Shown here: piece after piece, positions 1 to 12,797 of the stretch | How the letters are laid out: each line of letters begins with the position of its first letter | How positions within the stretch are numbered: position 1 is the first letter of the stretch | DNA from: Eledone cirrhosa | Taxonomy: Eukaryota | Direction: 5' to 3' | Assembly (NCBI GenBank): GCA_964016885.1 | Contig: OZ024743.1 | Coordinates: forward strand, 275,590,001 to 275,654,000 | Length of the DNA stretch: 64,000 nt | Program-made: the position numbers and the translations under genes | The notes under the pieces: generated by a model | The model's database searches: none | What the model was told of the DNA's origin: nothing | The model's input: only the letters and a program-made list of their open reading frames with translations

Positions 1-599
1 GCTCATGACCCCTTCCAATGCCACCGATACTGATGGGAGGAAGTATTCTTAAACTAGAGACCTTTTCCGAATGCCTGCTAAAAGCACCCAAGAGCCAGGT
101 GGTCATGTTAAACCAGGCAAAGAGTTAAGTATACCACCCAAGTAGACCATGGAGGATTTGAATGCAAAAGGCTGTAGCAAATCCTGCAAGGCATTTTGTA
201 CGATGTTGTTTTTAGCAATTCTGCCAATCCATCGCCCTGAACTAATACTATATTTATCGATCCCTAAAGAATGAAAAGCAAAGTTGATTTCGGTGATGTT
301 TGAACTCAGAACACAGACTCAGAGAGCCACAACAACCAGCGCAAGACATTTTGTCCTAGGCTCTGACGACTCGCTGACTTGTAGCTCTTTGAAATACTTT
401 GCCGATTTTCTCATCCTTTAATGAAGAGCACAACCCCACATCTCCAGTGAAGAGCTCTGCCTTAATCATTAGATATTTCCTTTCTTTATAGCAACCTAAC
501 ACACATCGTATTTCATTTTACTGTACGTTAGGTTGTCGCCCCTTTTTTCTCACTAACTAATACAATAAATAACTTTTCATACTTTATACATAACAATGG

Positions 600-812
600 G
601 CCGTGTATTCGGTATACACTATCCCTGCGTGCCATAAGAAGCAACTAAAATGGTTAGTGCCAGGAAGGGCATCCGGCTGTAAAACATTGCCTCAAACAGT
701 CCCGTCTAGCCCATGACAGCATGGAAAAGTCAACGTAAAAACGATGATGACGACGATGGTGGTGGTGGTGGTGGTGGTGGTGGTGATGATGATGATGATG
801 ATGATGGTGATG
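600..812 (+). mobile_element. SINE/RTE-type 3' tail with (GAT/GGT)n expansion
   Basis: aggaagggcatcc...cgtaaaaacgatgatga motif shared with the RTE 3' ends in this window. Confidence 0.6.
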
Positions 813-944
813 AACTTGAAATTTTTCTTCTTTTTTTTTTTGAAAACGTGATGTTTTTATATTATTTGTCATTTAATTCTTCCAGCAAGATGCTTTGAAA
901 AAATCCCTCCAAAACAGAACAGATCCTGCTTCAATTTTCCTTAG

Positions 945-962
945 AGAACAAATTGAATCGAG
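945..962 (+). CDS. CCDC154: Host gene microexon (18 nt, (R)EQIES(R)), first exon visible in window
   Basis: Acceptor ttttccttag and donor AG|gtgagt; phase 2 end matches the start of exon 6652. Confidence 0.6.
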
Positions 963-1292
963 GTGAGTCTTTGGAATTTCTTTATTTTCAACTATGATTT
1001 CTATTATAAATTTTGATTTATTTCTGCAACGCTTGTATCTACAAAATGAGAACTTAATGGATTTATATGTCTCATATTATGAATTTCTTAAGATGGATGC
1101 CCAGGGAAAATAGGTTTTGAAAAGTTCTTGCAAGCTGATTCACACATGAGATATGCCCAAGTTGTCAAATGCTTTGTAAGTGAATTTAGCTGTGCATCAT
1201 TGTTGGGTAACACATTCTCTCTCAGAGATAGGTTCTGAAGTATAAGTCAAACTAGTCACATGTATGTCAATCAGATAATGTTAGTGTAGTAG

Positions 1293-1387
1293 AATAATTG
1301 TTAATTGTTACAGGGGAAAAGATGATGCTCTAGAAAGGAGCAACAGCAGAGGCATAAAACTGATAGGGCAAGTTATGAAAGTAATGG
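1293..1387 (+). pseudogene. Old RTE RT fragment (IIVNCYRGKDDALERSNSRGIKLIGQVMKV)
   Basis: Homologous to 22803-22895 of the intact RTE. Confidence 0.65.
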
Positions 1388-2792
1388 GTTGGCATATAAC
1401 TCTTATTTTCAGTGGAGTAGAATCCATTACAGTAGTGGTGGAATATAATACAGAGTTAAAACGTATGTATCTTGTTATGAAAAGAATAGTTATATGGTAC
1501 TAGTTAGTGTAGGTCTTCCTGCCAGAGGGAGAAGTTTTCTCGAAATCAGCCAAGAATGTGTATCTGTAAATGTTTGCTGTGGTGTCTTGGATATGTGAGT
1601 AACATGTGAGTAATACATATTGGTGTTTTATAAAGGATTAACTGTCGAATAAGGATAAATTATCTTTTAACTGTGGCGGAGATGTATTTGTTTTGTAAGG
1701 TTTTTGCTGTGAAATCGTGTGTTGAAACAGATATTGTTATTTTGGGGAGGGTCATGTTGTTCTTTTATTGCCAGAAAAATGATGTTGCAGATATGTGTGA
1801 TGAAAGAACTCTGAGAAACTATATTTATATTTATATTTTCAACTGTTGGTCAACCAGTGATAAACATTGCTTGCCAGCTGAATTATAAATAATAATTTAT
1901 AGAAATATAAAGATATACTGAAGCAAAAACCAAACCAAACAGTGAGTGTGTTTTACTATATTTTTTGGCAATATTAGAACAACATGACCCTCTCCAAATA
2001 TAGCAATATCTTTTAGCTCTGAAGGGGAAAAATAGATTTTGTGATGTAGGGTTAACACCCATACAAGTCAACGCTGATCTGGTACATACTATGTCCAAAG
2101 CCCTTCCAGTCATACCCATCCATTCTTGGTTCATGTGTAGTATATCTAGAACTACATTATCTAACCTGTCCTTTTTTAAGATGTTAGAGGGTTATTTGAG
2201 TGAAATTTGACTGCAGGTCAAGTGACTGCAGGTCAAGCGACTGCAGGTCAAGCGGCGCAATAGAAGCTTCCTCTTGGTTTTGTGAAATACTTTTGTTATA
2301 GAGGGAGAACATTTCCGATTGATAGAGTATTGATAGTATATAGAATGCGATGAAGGAGCGTCCATTACTCCAGGAGAGAAATGAGGAGCATAAATGATGT
2401 GAAGTGTATCTATATGAAATGAGATGCAGGAGGACAAGGGAGTGAAGTGTATCTATCATAAAATCGAAATCATATCGTATATTTAACTCACTGGAACTTG
2501 AGTGTTTTTACTCTACAACGTGTTCCTTAAGACAAATTAATTAAACCGGTTATAATGTCAGTAGATCTTCTCTGGTAAGAAATTCATTGTTATTGTAATC
2601 AATAGCAAACAGATTTGATATTGTCCTAGCTCTACAATAACATAGTCAGACATATTTTGATTACATAGATAAATCGACTTCTATTGGTTTCGATGATGAG
2701 TGTCCCAGTTGTGCAGTGAACGGAACGGCCTTCTCATTAAATTAACGTGTATTCCACGTATACAGACATGTCCTCTTAACGTAATTCTAAGG

Positions 2793-3070
2793 CAGAGGTT
2801 CTCAAACTTTTTGAGTCATCGATCCCCTCACGGCCACGTAATACCCTCAGCACCCCCACCCCTATTTCCAGAGAGATCTACTGACACGCAAATTGTAAAT
2901 AATATATAATAAATAAAATTGTCAATTTATATATAAATAATATAATATGTATCATTTGATATTTAATATACTACTATATCATTTCTACGCCCCCACCCCC
3001 TTAGGCCCCAGCACCTCCTGGACCTTCTCAACGCCCCCGAAGCCGGTAGCGCCCACTTTAAGAACCTCTG
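2793..3070. mobile_element. hAT-type MITE (278 bp) nested in a SINE-like repeat
   Basis: TIRs CAGAGGTTCTCAAA / TTTAAGAACCTCTG, exact 8-bp TSD TTCTAAGG at 2785-2792 and 3071-3078. Confidence 0.9.
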
Positions 3071-3455
3071 TTCTAAGGGATATTCAACGTGACACAGGAA
3101 GTGACAAGGCTGGTTGTTTGAATTATAGACCAGGCATGTCAAACTGAGGATCCCCCAAGGGCTGCATGGGTCATATATGTGTTGTCTGAGAGCCGCACAC
3201 AACAATTAATTGTGTACATTACAACTAATTAAAGTCATTTAATAAAATTTATTGCAGAAAAATTTGTTACTTAAATTTAGAAACATACAATGTACAAATA
3301 AATGTTTTAGCAACATTCATGAATGCAAAGTAATGAAGTGGTTTGATAAAAAACTAAAGTTTTAAATGGCAACATATACTTGCAGCTTGCAACAACAACA
3401 AATACATTGTACAAAAATTACAACAGTTCAAAACTGAACATTTATTTGTTACTAT

Positions 3456-4995
3456 TCAACCATTTTTAGTGTTTTGTCCTGAGGCTTGACACCTCTTTTT
3501 GTTGACAATATTTGGTATGTCTGGCTGAAATGTCTGTACAGTTCCGACTTTGATCCGGGATGACAAGTGTTGATCAGTCAGCCTTGTTCTCTGAGAAGCT
3601 TTTGTTAATTCCATGAAGGAAAATAACCCTTCACACACATAGGTAGAACCAAACATTGTCATAATCTTTGTGGCAAACTTTCTGAAGTTTTTTAACTTTT
3701 CAGGAAGGTATGAAAAAAACCAGGTTTCACCACTTCAAGATACTTTGCTCTGAGTCTGGTATCTGACTACATTTCCAATAGTTCCATCTGCAGGCTTTCT
3801 TCTGCCTTGGCAACATCAAAAGTGAATGGTGCTGAAAATAATGTAAACTGATGTTCAAAAGATGAGAAATCACAAAATCTTTCCTGAAATTCCTTTGACA
3901 ACAATTCCAGGTGGCTGTCATACTTAGCAAAGCTAAGTACAGAATCAGTATTGGCAGTGTTTTTCAGCTCTTTGCACGTAGGGAAATGAACTAATTTTCA
4001 TTTGACAACTGTGACTTCTATAAGTTTAGTTTTCCAATGAAGCACTTGATGTCATCATACAACTGAGTGATGAGTTTGTTTTTACCTTGTAATTTCAAAT
4101 CAATATCAGTTAATTGCGCAGTAATATCCACAGCAAAAGCCAGACCTTGGAGCCAACTTTCATCTTTTATTTCATCTGTGTTTTGACCTTTCATCTCCAA
4201 AAACATAATTATTTCTTGTCTCAACAAATAGAATCTTTTCAGCACTTTGTGACATGACAACCATCAGACTTCTGTGTAGAATGGAACATCGGTGAACTGA
4301 TTATCCATATCTAACGGCGGTTGAGAGCATGGCCTCTGATATAGTTCACTGTCTTTGTGACCAAGCTAAGCACATGATGCAATTTAAAAATCTTTGAACA
4401 CAAATTTTGCTGATGAATAATACAGTGAAAATGTGCAAATGATGAATCTGGGTGCGAGTTTTCTATTTTTGTTCGTAACTTGGCAGTAACACCATTATGT
4501 CTGCCAACCATATTCACAGCACCGTCAGTAGATAAACATGCAAGTTTATTCAAATCAAAACCATAGTCATACAGAACCTGCTCAACCTTCTCAAAGATGT
4601 CCTGGCTTGTTATAGTGTCAAGCATGGAGACCAGTTCAATCAGTTCTTCATAAATATTAAATTCACTGTCACAGGCCCTGATGAAGAATACAAGCTGTGC
4701 TATTCCAGTGATGTCAACGGTCTCATCAATAGTAATAGAAAAATGTTCAAACCTTGATGATACAGCCTTCAACAGTTGTTTCAGATCATCTGACATTTCA
4801 TCAATCCATTCAGCAACAGTGTTCCTGGTTAATGAAATGTCTTTGAATAATTGTGCTTTCTCTGGACATAAAATTTCAGCTGTTTTTACAAGGCATTGCT
4901 TTACAAAATCTCATTCAATGTAAGATTTCCCGCTTATGGTGATCATTCAGCTGAGTTCATAACTTGCAGTAACGGAAGCTACATTTTCTTCCTGA
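3456..4995 (-). pseudogene. Frameshifted hAT transposase (GTF2IRD2/SPIN-like)
   Basis: Motifs IDETVD, STDGAVNMVG, HCIIHQQ (CxxH) and MFGSTYVCEGLFS across ORFs 4311..4796, 4018..4260 and 3456..3662. Confidence 0.9.
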
Positions 4996-5007
4996 ATTTA
5001 CATAAAT

Positions 5008-5975
5008 GGCCTAGCGGTAGGTATTAGAGACGGTGGAGATCCTGGTCTTGGGATCTATCCTGGTCAAGAGATACATGTGATCTTTTTCAGTTTTTATTTT
5101 ACATCCCATATAAAATAAACTGAAAAGGTTTACCGGGAACCCCACTAGAATTGAACTCCATACCATGATCAGCACCATCTATAATTCCTCCAACTAGGCC
5201 GCCTGAGACAGCTACAAAGGTATAATGAAAATCAATAATTATAAACCTACTTTCAAAATCAAAGTTAAAAAAATATACTGTCGTTCATGGCTTTCCTAGA
5301 GCTATTAGACATATTTAGGGTCGACTTGTTAATCTTTTGGCTCTTTGGTAACAACCTTATTATTCCTATGTGTGTTTAACTGTTGAATTAATTTAATTTA
5401 ATTATTTTAACAAACAAATAATATAGAGGGGTAGAAATGAGGTGTGACAGAAATGCAACATAGATTACAGGTTAAAATATAGTCTAGATAGATGTGAAAC
5501 AAAACGAGGATGTAGTTTATGGAATACCCAAATGATTTAGAAGTCGACCTTAAATAGGAGCAATAACATTAAGAAAGACATGAACGACAACACAACATTT
5601 TGTATTGAAAATTTTGAAAGTAGGTTTATAAGTATGAATTTTCAGGGGAGTTTTTTCGGAGCTGTCTCTGTGGCCTTGCGGTAGGTACTAGAGGTGGTGA
5701 AGATCCTGGTCTTGGGTTCAATCCTGTTCAAGAGGTACATGTAATGTTTTCAGTTTTTATTTTACATCCCATAGAAAAAAACTGAAAAGGTTTAACGCGA
5801 ACCCTACTCCCGACTAGGATTGAACTTCAGATCAGGCTCACCGCCGTCTATGATTCCTCCAACTAGGCTACCGAGACAGCTACAAAGTTGCATTGAAAAT
5901 TAATAATTATAAACCTACTTTGAAAATCAAAGTTAAAAAGATCTGGTGTTGTTGATGGCTTTCCTAGTGTTAATA
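5008..5975. repeat. Four alternately oriented copies of a tRNA-like ~100-230 bp unit
   Basis: 5008-5300 repeats at 5672-5965; each block is self-inverted; A-box (TAGCCTAGTTGG) and B-box (GTTCAATCC) like motifs. Confidence 0.65.
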
Positions 5976-6651
5976 GTATAGGTTAAAGTTACAGGTTAAA
6001 ATATAATCTAGATCAGACATGTCAAACTGAAGATCCTCCGAGGGCCACATGGGTCCCATATGTGTTGTTTGGGGACCACACACGAGAACTAATTTCACAC
6101 ATTACAACTAATTTTTTAAATTTTATATTACGAAGATAAAACATGTTCGCGCTGTAAAAACCTTTGTGCGGGCCGCAGGTGTGCTTTTAAAGGACCACAT
6201 GAGGCTTGCGGGCCGCATGTTTCTACTGCTTGTTATATACACAGTCCATCCTATGGGCTTCCAAACAGTTTCCGTCTGCCCAATTTCATGACCTAAGGCT
6301 ACTTTTAAATAAAGTACCAGTACATTACTAGAAAATTCTTCTTCTCCTCCTCCTCCTCCTCCTCCTTTCTCTCTCTCTCCCTCCCTCACTCTCTAGGTAT
6401 CACCTACGGTAAAACTCTAGGTTTCTCGGGTGTTTTAGTTATAGGGGCCCCAAGTCCTAGCATACATCTATACATATATGTATATATGTATTACGCACTT
6501 ACATACGTACATATGTATGTATGTTATTGTCACAGCTCGGACCTAAGTAAGTTTAGCTGGCTTTCTAGGTGGTGGCATCACCTAGGCGGTTTCTATTGTT
6601 ACTATACACTAATCTCATTTTAACCTAATACCTTTAACTTCTATTCCATAG

Positions 6652-6747
6652 AATGAATGACCTACAAGAAACAATTCAATCGGCACGGCAGAACCATGAA
6701 CAGGAAGTACAGCAAAGGATATCTTCAGAACAAAGTGTATTTCGCAG
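6652..6747 (+). CDS. CCDC154: Host gene exon (MNDLQETIQSARQNHEQEVQQRISSEQSVFR)
   Basis: ttccatag acceptor, ag|gtaatt donor, open heptad-like frame, phase 2/2. Confidence 0.8.
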
Positions 6748-6874
6748 GTAATTATTCTTTAATGTACTAGACTCACAAGGGACTTGATCTGATGACCAGG
6801 CAAAACTCCACAGTAACAGGACTCCCTTTTTAGCCTTAATATAAATGAATACATATATATATATTTATATATGA

Positions 6875-7003
6875 TGATGATGATTTCTCCCGAATGAAAC
6901 AGTTTTAGTCCTGTAGAAGCCATTTCTATATTAAATATTTATACTCTGCTATGTATTGAGTACCTTACTTACTGTGGTTACACCCGATTGGACCCGGGAT
7001 ATC
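6875..7003 (+). repeat. Penelope-like pLTR fragment (family B; also 35843-35938 inverted and 48184-48385)
   Basis: Shared tgatgatttct..gaatgaaacagtt...atactctgctatgtattg sequence, flanked by microsatellites. Confidence 0.6.
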
Positions 7004-7036
<33 letters not shown>

Positions 7037-7073
7037 TTATATATATATATATATGTGTGTGTGCGTGTGTATA

Positions 7074-7400
7074 TAGAAATTTCGTATTTCTAATTTTTAA
7101 AGAAACACGGTCTTAGGAAGCCGTAGCTATGCAAACACCAGGGCTAACGCCCTCTGGTGGTGTCCAGCAGAAACAAGGGGGACAACCGTATATGCATTTC
7201 AGGCTTGACTGGGACTCCGGATGGTCCCTCCCACCGCTCGCAACTGTTGGACTTGAAAACGGTCGAGAATATATAGTTTTCTCATCTATGTAAATGAGAT
7301 GATTAATCTTATTTGTTTCCTGATGAAGTCCATTTAGAAATTAGAAATACGAAATTTCTATACATATTTGTATAAATCTATGCTTGAAGCAAAATCTTAT
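7074..7400. repeat. Short element with ~28-bp inverted ends in a (TA)n context
   Basis: gaaatttcgtatttctaat vs attagaaatacgaaatttc; related sequence at 39965-40050. Confidence 0.5.
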
Positions 7401-7407
7401 TTATATA

Positions 7408-7439
<32 letters not shown>

Positions 7440-8407
7440 AACATACAGTATATTGCCAAATATACTATACATACATTCATGTATACATCGCTATTTCAGA
7501 GCAACTACTAATACCTAATTTTTGCGAGACCGGCAATCGCTCTGTTTAATCAGCTCCTGATTATTACTGGAATTCTATAAGAATCCAGCCTCTATAATTC
7601 TCGGCAAAGGCAACTGAGTGTGTGGTCTTGATAAACGCTCACAAGCGAGAAACAGACTGTCTGTTGGCCGCTCTCTGTTGTTTTTGCGAAAATAATTAAG
7701 CGACATAGTCACGACTTTAAAACTCATAGCGAATGGTCTTCTAAATATTTTTAATTAAACATACAGTGTATTGCCAAATATACTATATATACATTCATGT
7801 ATACATCGCTATTTCAGAGCACCAATACTAATATATATATATATATATATATATACATGTGGAAGCTTAGTAAAATCGAAGCTTTGGCTGTGGGCAAGCA
7901 AAGTCGACCTTCAATATGAATGAGTTAGCAAAGCACTCAATATACGTTTAAATAGCTTGACAAATTGAACATTGTGGTAGGCAAAACCTAACACACAATA
8001 CCAGAGCAACGAAAAAACTAACAGGTTAAAAAAGATACACCTGGACAAATTAAACGACATACGTTTAAAATGTTTCTGTGAATCCAAAATCAAATATCTG
8101 ACTTACGTAACAAGCTCACTCGTGGTATTCCATGACGAACAGAGGATTCATTTCATCAGCAGGAGTTCCGTTCTTTCCAAAAGCGAGGTGGATTCTAAAT
8201 ACTGCCGCTATGAGCGAGCTGAACGCACATTTAGTTATCACGTGTTATTTCCAACAAGGGAAGCAACCCTCGGTTTTGGCGGGTAGATTCGAAGTGTTAA
8301 ACAAAGGAAATATTATAATTTCCGCTAACATTCTGAATGAAGCTCTCACCAGATGTTATTAATATATATATATACCATACTGTATATATATACCATAATA
8401 TATATAC

Positions 8408-8672
8408 CAGCTGTCGAAAAGGCCGGAGCTCAGCCGTCGGGGTCCTGACTCTTTTCCTATATTTGTATATAGCTATACTTATATTTAATAGGAAAATGTT
8501 TAACCCCGACAGCAGAGCTCAAGACTTTTCGACGGCTATTTCTGGACCCCTCGAAACGGCTTGAGCTCTGCCGTCGGGGGGTTAAACATTTTCCTATTAC
8601 CCACTCTACTACCCTAAGTATTGAGTACTCTGGTGTGTTATGGTCCATCTGGTTCCTCACCACACCTCCTTC
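8408..8672. repeat. Penelope pLTR pieces in forward/reverse/forward order (family of 9657-11450)
   Basis: gagctc..ccgtcggggg..ttttcctatta motif three times in alternating orientation. Confidence 0.75.
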
Positions 8673-8863
8673 GTATACTTATATTTATATATATATATAT
8701 ATATGTATGTATATGTGTGCATATATATATAATAGCAGAACACTGGAGGGTTATATCCATAGTAGTAGAGCACTCAGTTCATGGGACGAGTTTGGTAGAA
8801 GTAGTTCCACAACAGTTAGTTCACCATACCGAGAACAAATGTTTCACCTTGCGGATCACTCAG

Positions 8864-8905
8864 ACCGAGCTGAAGATCCGCAAGGGGGAAACATTTGTAC
8901 TCGGT
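8864..8905 (+). ncRNA. Type I hammerhead ribozyme motif inside palindrome 8796-8937
   Basis: ACCGAG-CUGAAGA-U-CC(GCAA)GG-GG-GAAAC-AUUU-GUA-CUCGGU: 6-bp stem I, GNRA-capped stem II, GUA cleavage triplet. Confidence 0.75.
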
Positions 8906-8948
8906 ATGGTGAACTAACTGTTGTGATACTACTTCTATATATATATAT

Positions 8949-9203
8949 CACGGGCGGTTGAAATAAGGGAGCCGGGGGGGGGGGACATGTCCCCCTTCTC
9001 CAATAATTATATATTTTCTCCTCAAACACCCAAAACACATCTATTTGTATATACGCTACAATTTATGTACATGTTATATTTATCGCATATCGAAGATTTT
9101 TATATCTTGGTTGATATTTGATAATAACAGCTAAAATAATCCCAACTAAATTGACCAAATTTGTCCCCCCACCCTCATTTAGAAATCCTTCCACCGCCCC
9201 AGT
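8949..9203. mobile_element. MITE-like element
   Basis: Imperfect TIRs cacgggcggttgaa / ttccaccgccccagt. Confidence 0.5.
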
Positions 9204-9656
9204 ACACACACACAGATATATATATATACATATATGTGTGTATGTGTGTGTTAAGTACTTCCGAAGAAAAAGCAAAGCAAAAAAGAGCGCTCTAAGTATA
9301 AAACAGAGCTATTTAATTAGAAAGTGAACAACACAATATATAACTCCTCCATTACCAAAGGTTTCAGGACCATAGACAGTATTAACATATGTCTAGTTCT
9401 CTCATCAGATAGAGGGGTGATGAATATATGAAAATGCGAAATGAGTTTTAAAATTGAAAGTGAGGCTGGAAAATTAACGGAAAATATACATAAGAAAGAA
9501 AATCTATAAAATATTATTATATAAAAATTATATAGAAAATTATAGAATTATAAAAATTAGGAAGCATATGAGTACATACATACACATATATATATACACA
9601 CATTCAGATATATGTAAAAAAGTATATATATATATATATACACACATATATATATA

Positions 9657-11450
9657 GGAAAAGGTACAGGACCCCGACGGCAGAGCTCACGCCGTTTTGA
9701 CGTCTATTTCTGGACTAAATTAGATTTTTAGCGTGGTAATAAATAGCCGAACTTTTAAGGGGTATTTCCATATATGGGCATGCGATAATCATGAATTTCT
9801 GAAGGTTGTAGTTGTCAAAAGGATTGGTCAAAGTTTCTTGTAAACACATTTAAATCTTTCATGGTGGTGGGTAAAGGGTGGGGTGGTTAAACTTGACTGT
9901 AGAACAATGAGGGAGTGGGTGAAGCCGGTCAAGCATTGAAAGTAAGATCTATACAGCAAATTCTAAGGAGTGTGGATGAATTAGGCTAGCTAGAAAGCAG
10001 GGGAAAAAAGAATTCTACAGGAAACTGAAAATGGGAAATTATAAAATAAAAAAATTAAAAAGTTAAAAAATAAAAATAAAAAAATAAAAAAAAGCTAAAG
10101 TCTAAAACAGCTGCTATGTTTTTAGCTATTATTGCGTTTTCAGCCAATGCTATATCGAATTCACATTTTGGGGTACTGAGGCTACAAAAGCCCGATGGGC
10201 TGCCTCAGGGTAAGGGAAAGAGGAAAAAGGAAAAGGAAGAGAAGGAGTGGAAGGAGGTGAGAAGAAGAGATAAAGGGAAAAAAGAAAAGAATTACATCTA
10301 CCTATGTATGCTGGGGTTTCCCCTATCTTGTTCAGCAAGTGGGGAAAAGAAGGATATTACAGCCATTGTCTACCCACCCGGGTCATGAGGGGGTTTGAGG
10401 GCTGGGTAAGTCCTACGCAATCGGTGTTTATATGCGGTTACAAGTTCGTCTTTTTTGTTTAGGAGTTGGTACTTCGTAAACAGCATTGTATTGTTTCCTC
10501 CGAGCATAAGTTACACGGACGGCGTAGGAGTTAGCCCTGGAAAGTAAGCTCCAAGTAAGATGGTATGTGATGTTATTATCTTGGAGGTCCCAGATGTGGC
10601 CCGAAAGTGTAGTGGCATGTCGCCGGGCTGGGTTTCTGAACGTATGTCGGTGTTGGTAGAGCCAGGTATTAAAGTCACAAGCGGTTAATCCTATATAGGC
10701 TTTGTTGGAGTTTTCCGTCCTCACGTTGCATTGGTAGATCACGTTACGTTCTCTGCATCTGTTGTTGAGGGGGCACATAGATCTATCAGGGCAGTTACAC
10801 CTCCTGGTCGACTCTCCACTAATGTCTAGGTAGTTTCTTCCGTAGGAGTTGAGTTTCTTGTTGTTTGAGGAGGCAATGTTTTGTGGCAAGTTGGGTGTGG
10901 TGCTGTATGAGAGTTTGATAGTGTTTTTGTTGATTATGTTGTGGTAGCGGTGTTGTGGGGGAAGTATTTTTCAAGGAGTCTAAAAAAGATTTTCCCAATT
11001 GGTGTTGCAACCTCAGCATTGTGGGGAGGGTTGAACCACGTTATGTGGTGTGAGCGGAGGCTTCGCCTGCTGGTTCCGCCTGGGTAAAAGGAGATTTCCT
11101 CCCGAAAGCCGCTTCGCTTGAGGGCCTGATTGTAATAAGGCGCATGTTCATCGAATATCTGCTTATTAGCGGACAAACAAAATATGCGGCGGGAGATGTT
11201 TTAAACCAGGTTATTGGTGATGTTTCTAGGATGGTTAGAGTGGCGGTGGATGTAGTGTAGGTTGTCGTTTGGTTTCCTGTATGGGTAGTACAGATCATAA
11301 AAATCTAATTTAGTCCAGAAATAGCCGTCGAAACGGCGTGAGGTCTGCTGTCGGGGTCATGTACCTTTTCCTATTACCGACTCTACTACCCAAAGTATCG
11401 AGTACTCTGGAGCGTTATAGTCCACCTGGTTCCTTACCACACTTCCTTTG
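9657..11450 (-). mobile_element. 5'-truncated Penelope-like retroelement with inverted pLTR
   Basis: GIY-YIG remnant (NVIYQC...KAYIGLT...LYQHRHTF), RT thumb (HSNHP..., YYNQALKRSGF, ITWFNPP); pLTR 9657-9730 is inverted at 11300-11375. Confidence 0.9.
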
Positions 11451-11723
11451 TTATATATATATATATTTATATATATACAACAAATACGCGTGCACATACA
11501 TGAAATAGACGCATACGTATATATATATATAATTTAACCGATGTGTGTATATATACATTTACATGTACGTGAGTGTGTCTGTGTGTATGTATGTGTGTGT
11601 ATGTATGTGTGTGTATGTATGTATGTGTACGTATGTATGCATGTACGTGTGTGCATGCATGTGTGTCCTATACAATGAATGCATTGCATAAATATTAAAT
11701 GAATCTTGATTTTTTGTTAACAG

Positions 11724-11949
11724 ATTAGCGGAGGTTGAAGCTACAGTGAACAACCAGACAAGAAAGCAAGATGAAACACTTCATAGTATTAGTTTATTGC
11801 AGAAGGACCGTGAACACAATAAGGATTATAACATACAACGGTTACAGAACCAGCTGAAAGACTCTATTGAAGAAATAAGCCAAAGATTACATCAGAAAGA
11901 ATTGGCCATCAGAGATGAGTTACAGGAAAAATTCTTGCAGCTTGAGAGA
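11724..11949 (+). CDS. CCDC154: Host gene exon (LAEVEATVNNQTRK...LQEKFLQLER), coiled coil
   Basis: ttaacag acceptor, gtgaga donor, overlaps ORF 11746..11988, phase 2/0. Confidence 0.85.
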
Positions 11950-12591
11950 GTGAGAATAGTTTTGAGTTTGTTATTAAAAAAAACTTAATTTTATATATTT
12001 AAGTGGTTGGGGATCTGTAATCCATTTGGGTCTTGAAATGAACCTCCATCGGTTTCTACGAGATTCAGCATGATACTTGTGTGACAACGCTGGCACTTAG
12101 AATTACAAGTATAGTCCCCCAACGGGTTTCCACACAGTTCCTGTCTACCAAGTTTCACTCACGATCCGAAGCTAAGGTAAAAGACACGTGTCCAAGATAC
12201 TCTCTACCTCTCTTCAGAGCGGTTGCATCCTCTAGAGGTAGAGAGAATATTTTGCTGATCACAACAGCATCTTCTGATGTACACAAGGTGCATTTGGGAG
12301 CGACAACTAACCTCTCAGAGGTTGAGGTCACAAGAGCAATTAAAGAGCTTAAATGTGGCTGACTCGCGTGTGCTGGGTAGCCTGTATCTTTGAAAAGGCA
12401 CCTAAGCAATGGTAATCGGGAGTGATAATCCCAGTTTTCAAAAATAATTCCCCATTTCCAAAACTAAATGCTCCTTCTTTTGTCAAATACTTATTCTATA
12501 ATATATATATATGATGAAAAATTTTGCAATAGAAAGATATATAAGGTTTATGTTTCTTGTAAACCTATTGTCTGATTTTATTTCCTTCAAG

Positions 12592-12720
12592 TTATGCCAA
12601 CAAGAGCGAACACATCGGACTGAACTAGAACGTTCCATAAAAAGTGAAACTGAGCGAATTGCACAAAGTCACAAACAGAGATATACCAATGAACTACAAA
12701 GTTTAGTTGATACTATAAAG
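12592..12720 (+). CDS. CCDC154: Host gene exon (LCQQERTHRTELERSIK...LVDTIK)
   Basis: tttccttcaag acceptor, aag|gttggt donor, 43 codons, phase 0/0. Confidence 0.8.
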
Positions 12721-12797
12721 GTTGGTCATTAAATAAGATTTATTAATTTCATTAGCGATAGATCCCATATATGCCTTTATTATTTATTTCAGCCAAT

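Larger units (their letters stand above)
3131..6232 (-). mobile_element. Decayed hAT (Charlie/SPIN/Buster-like) DNA transposon
   Basis: End CAGGCATGTCAAAC; 7/8 TSD TTATAGAC/TTATATAC; internal second copy of the left end at 6014. Confidence 0.7.

Noticed and set aside
654-898. Poly-His and poly-Gly/Asp ORFs (also 43214-43540)
   Set aside because: Trinucleotide repeat expansions
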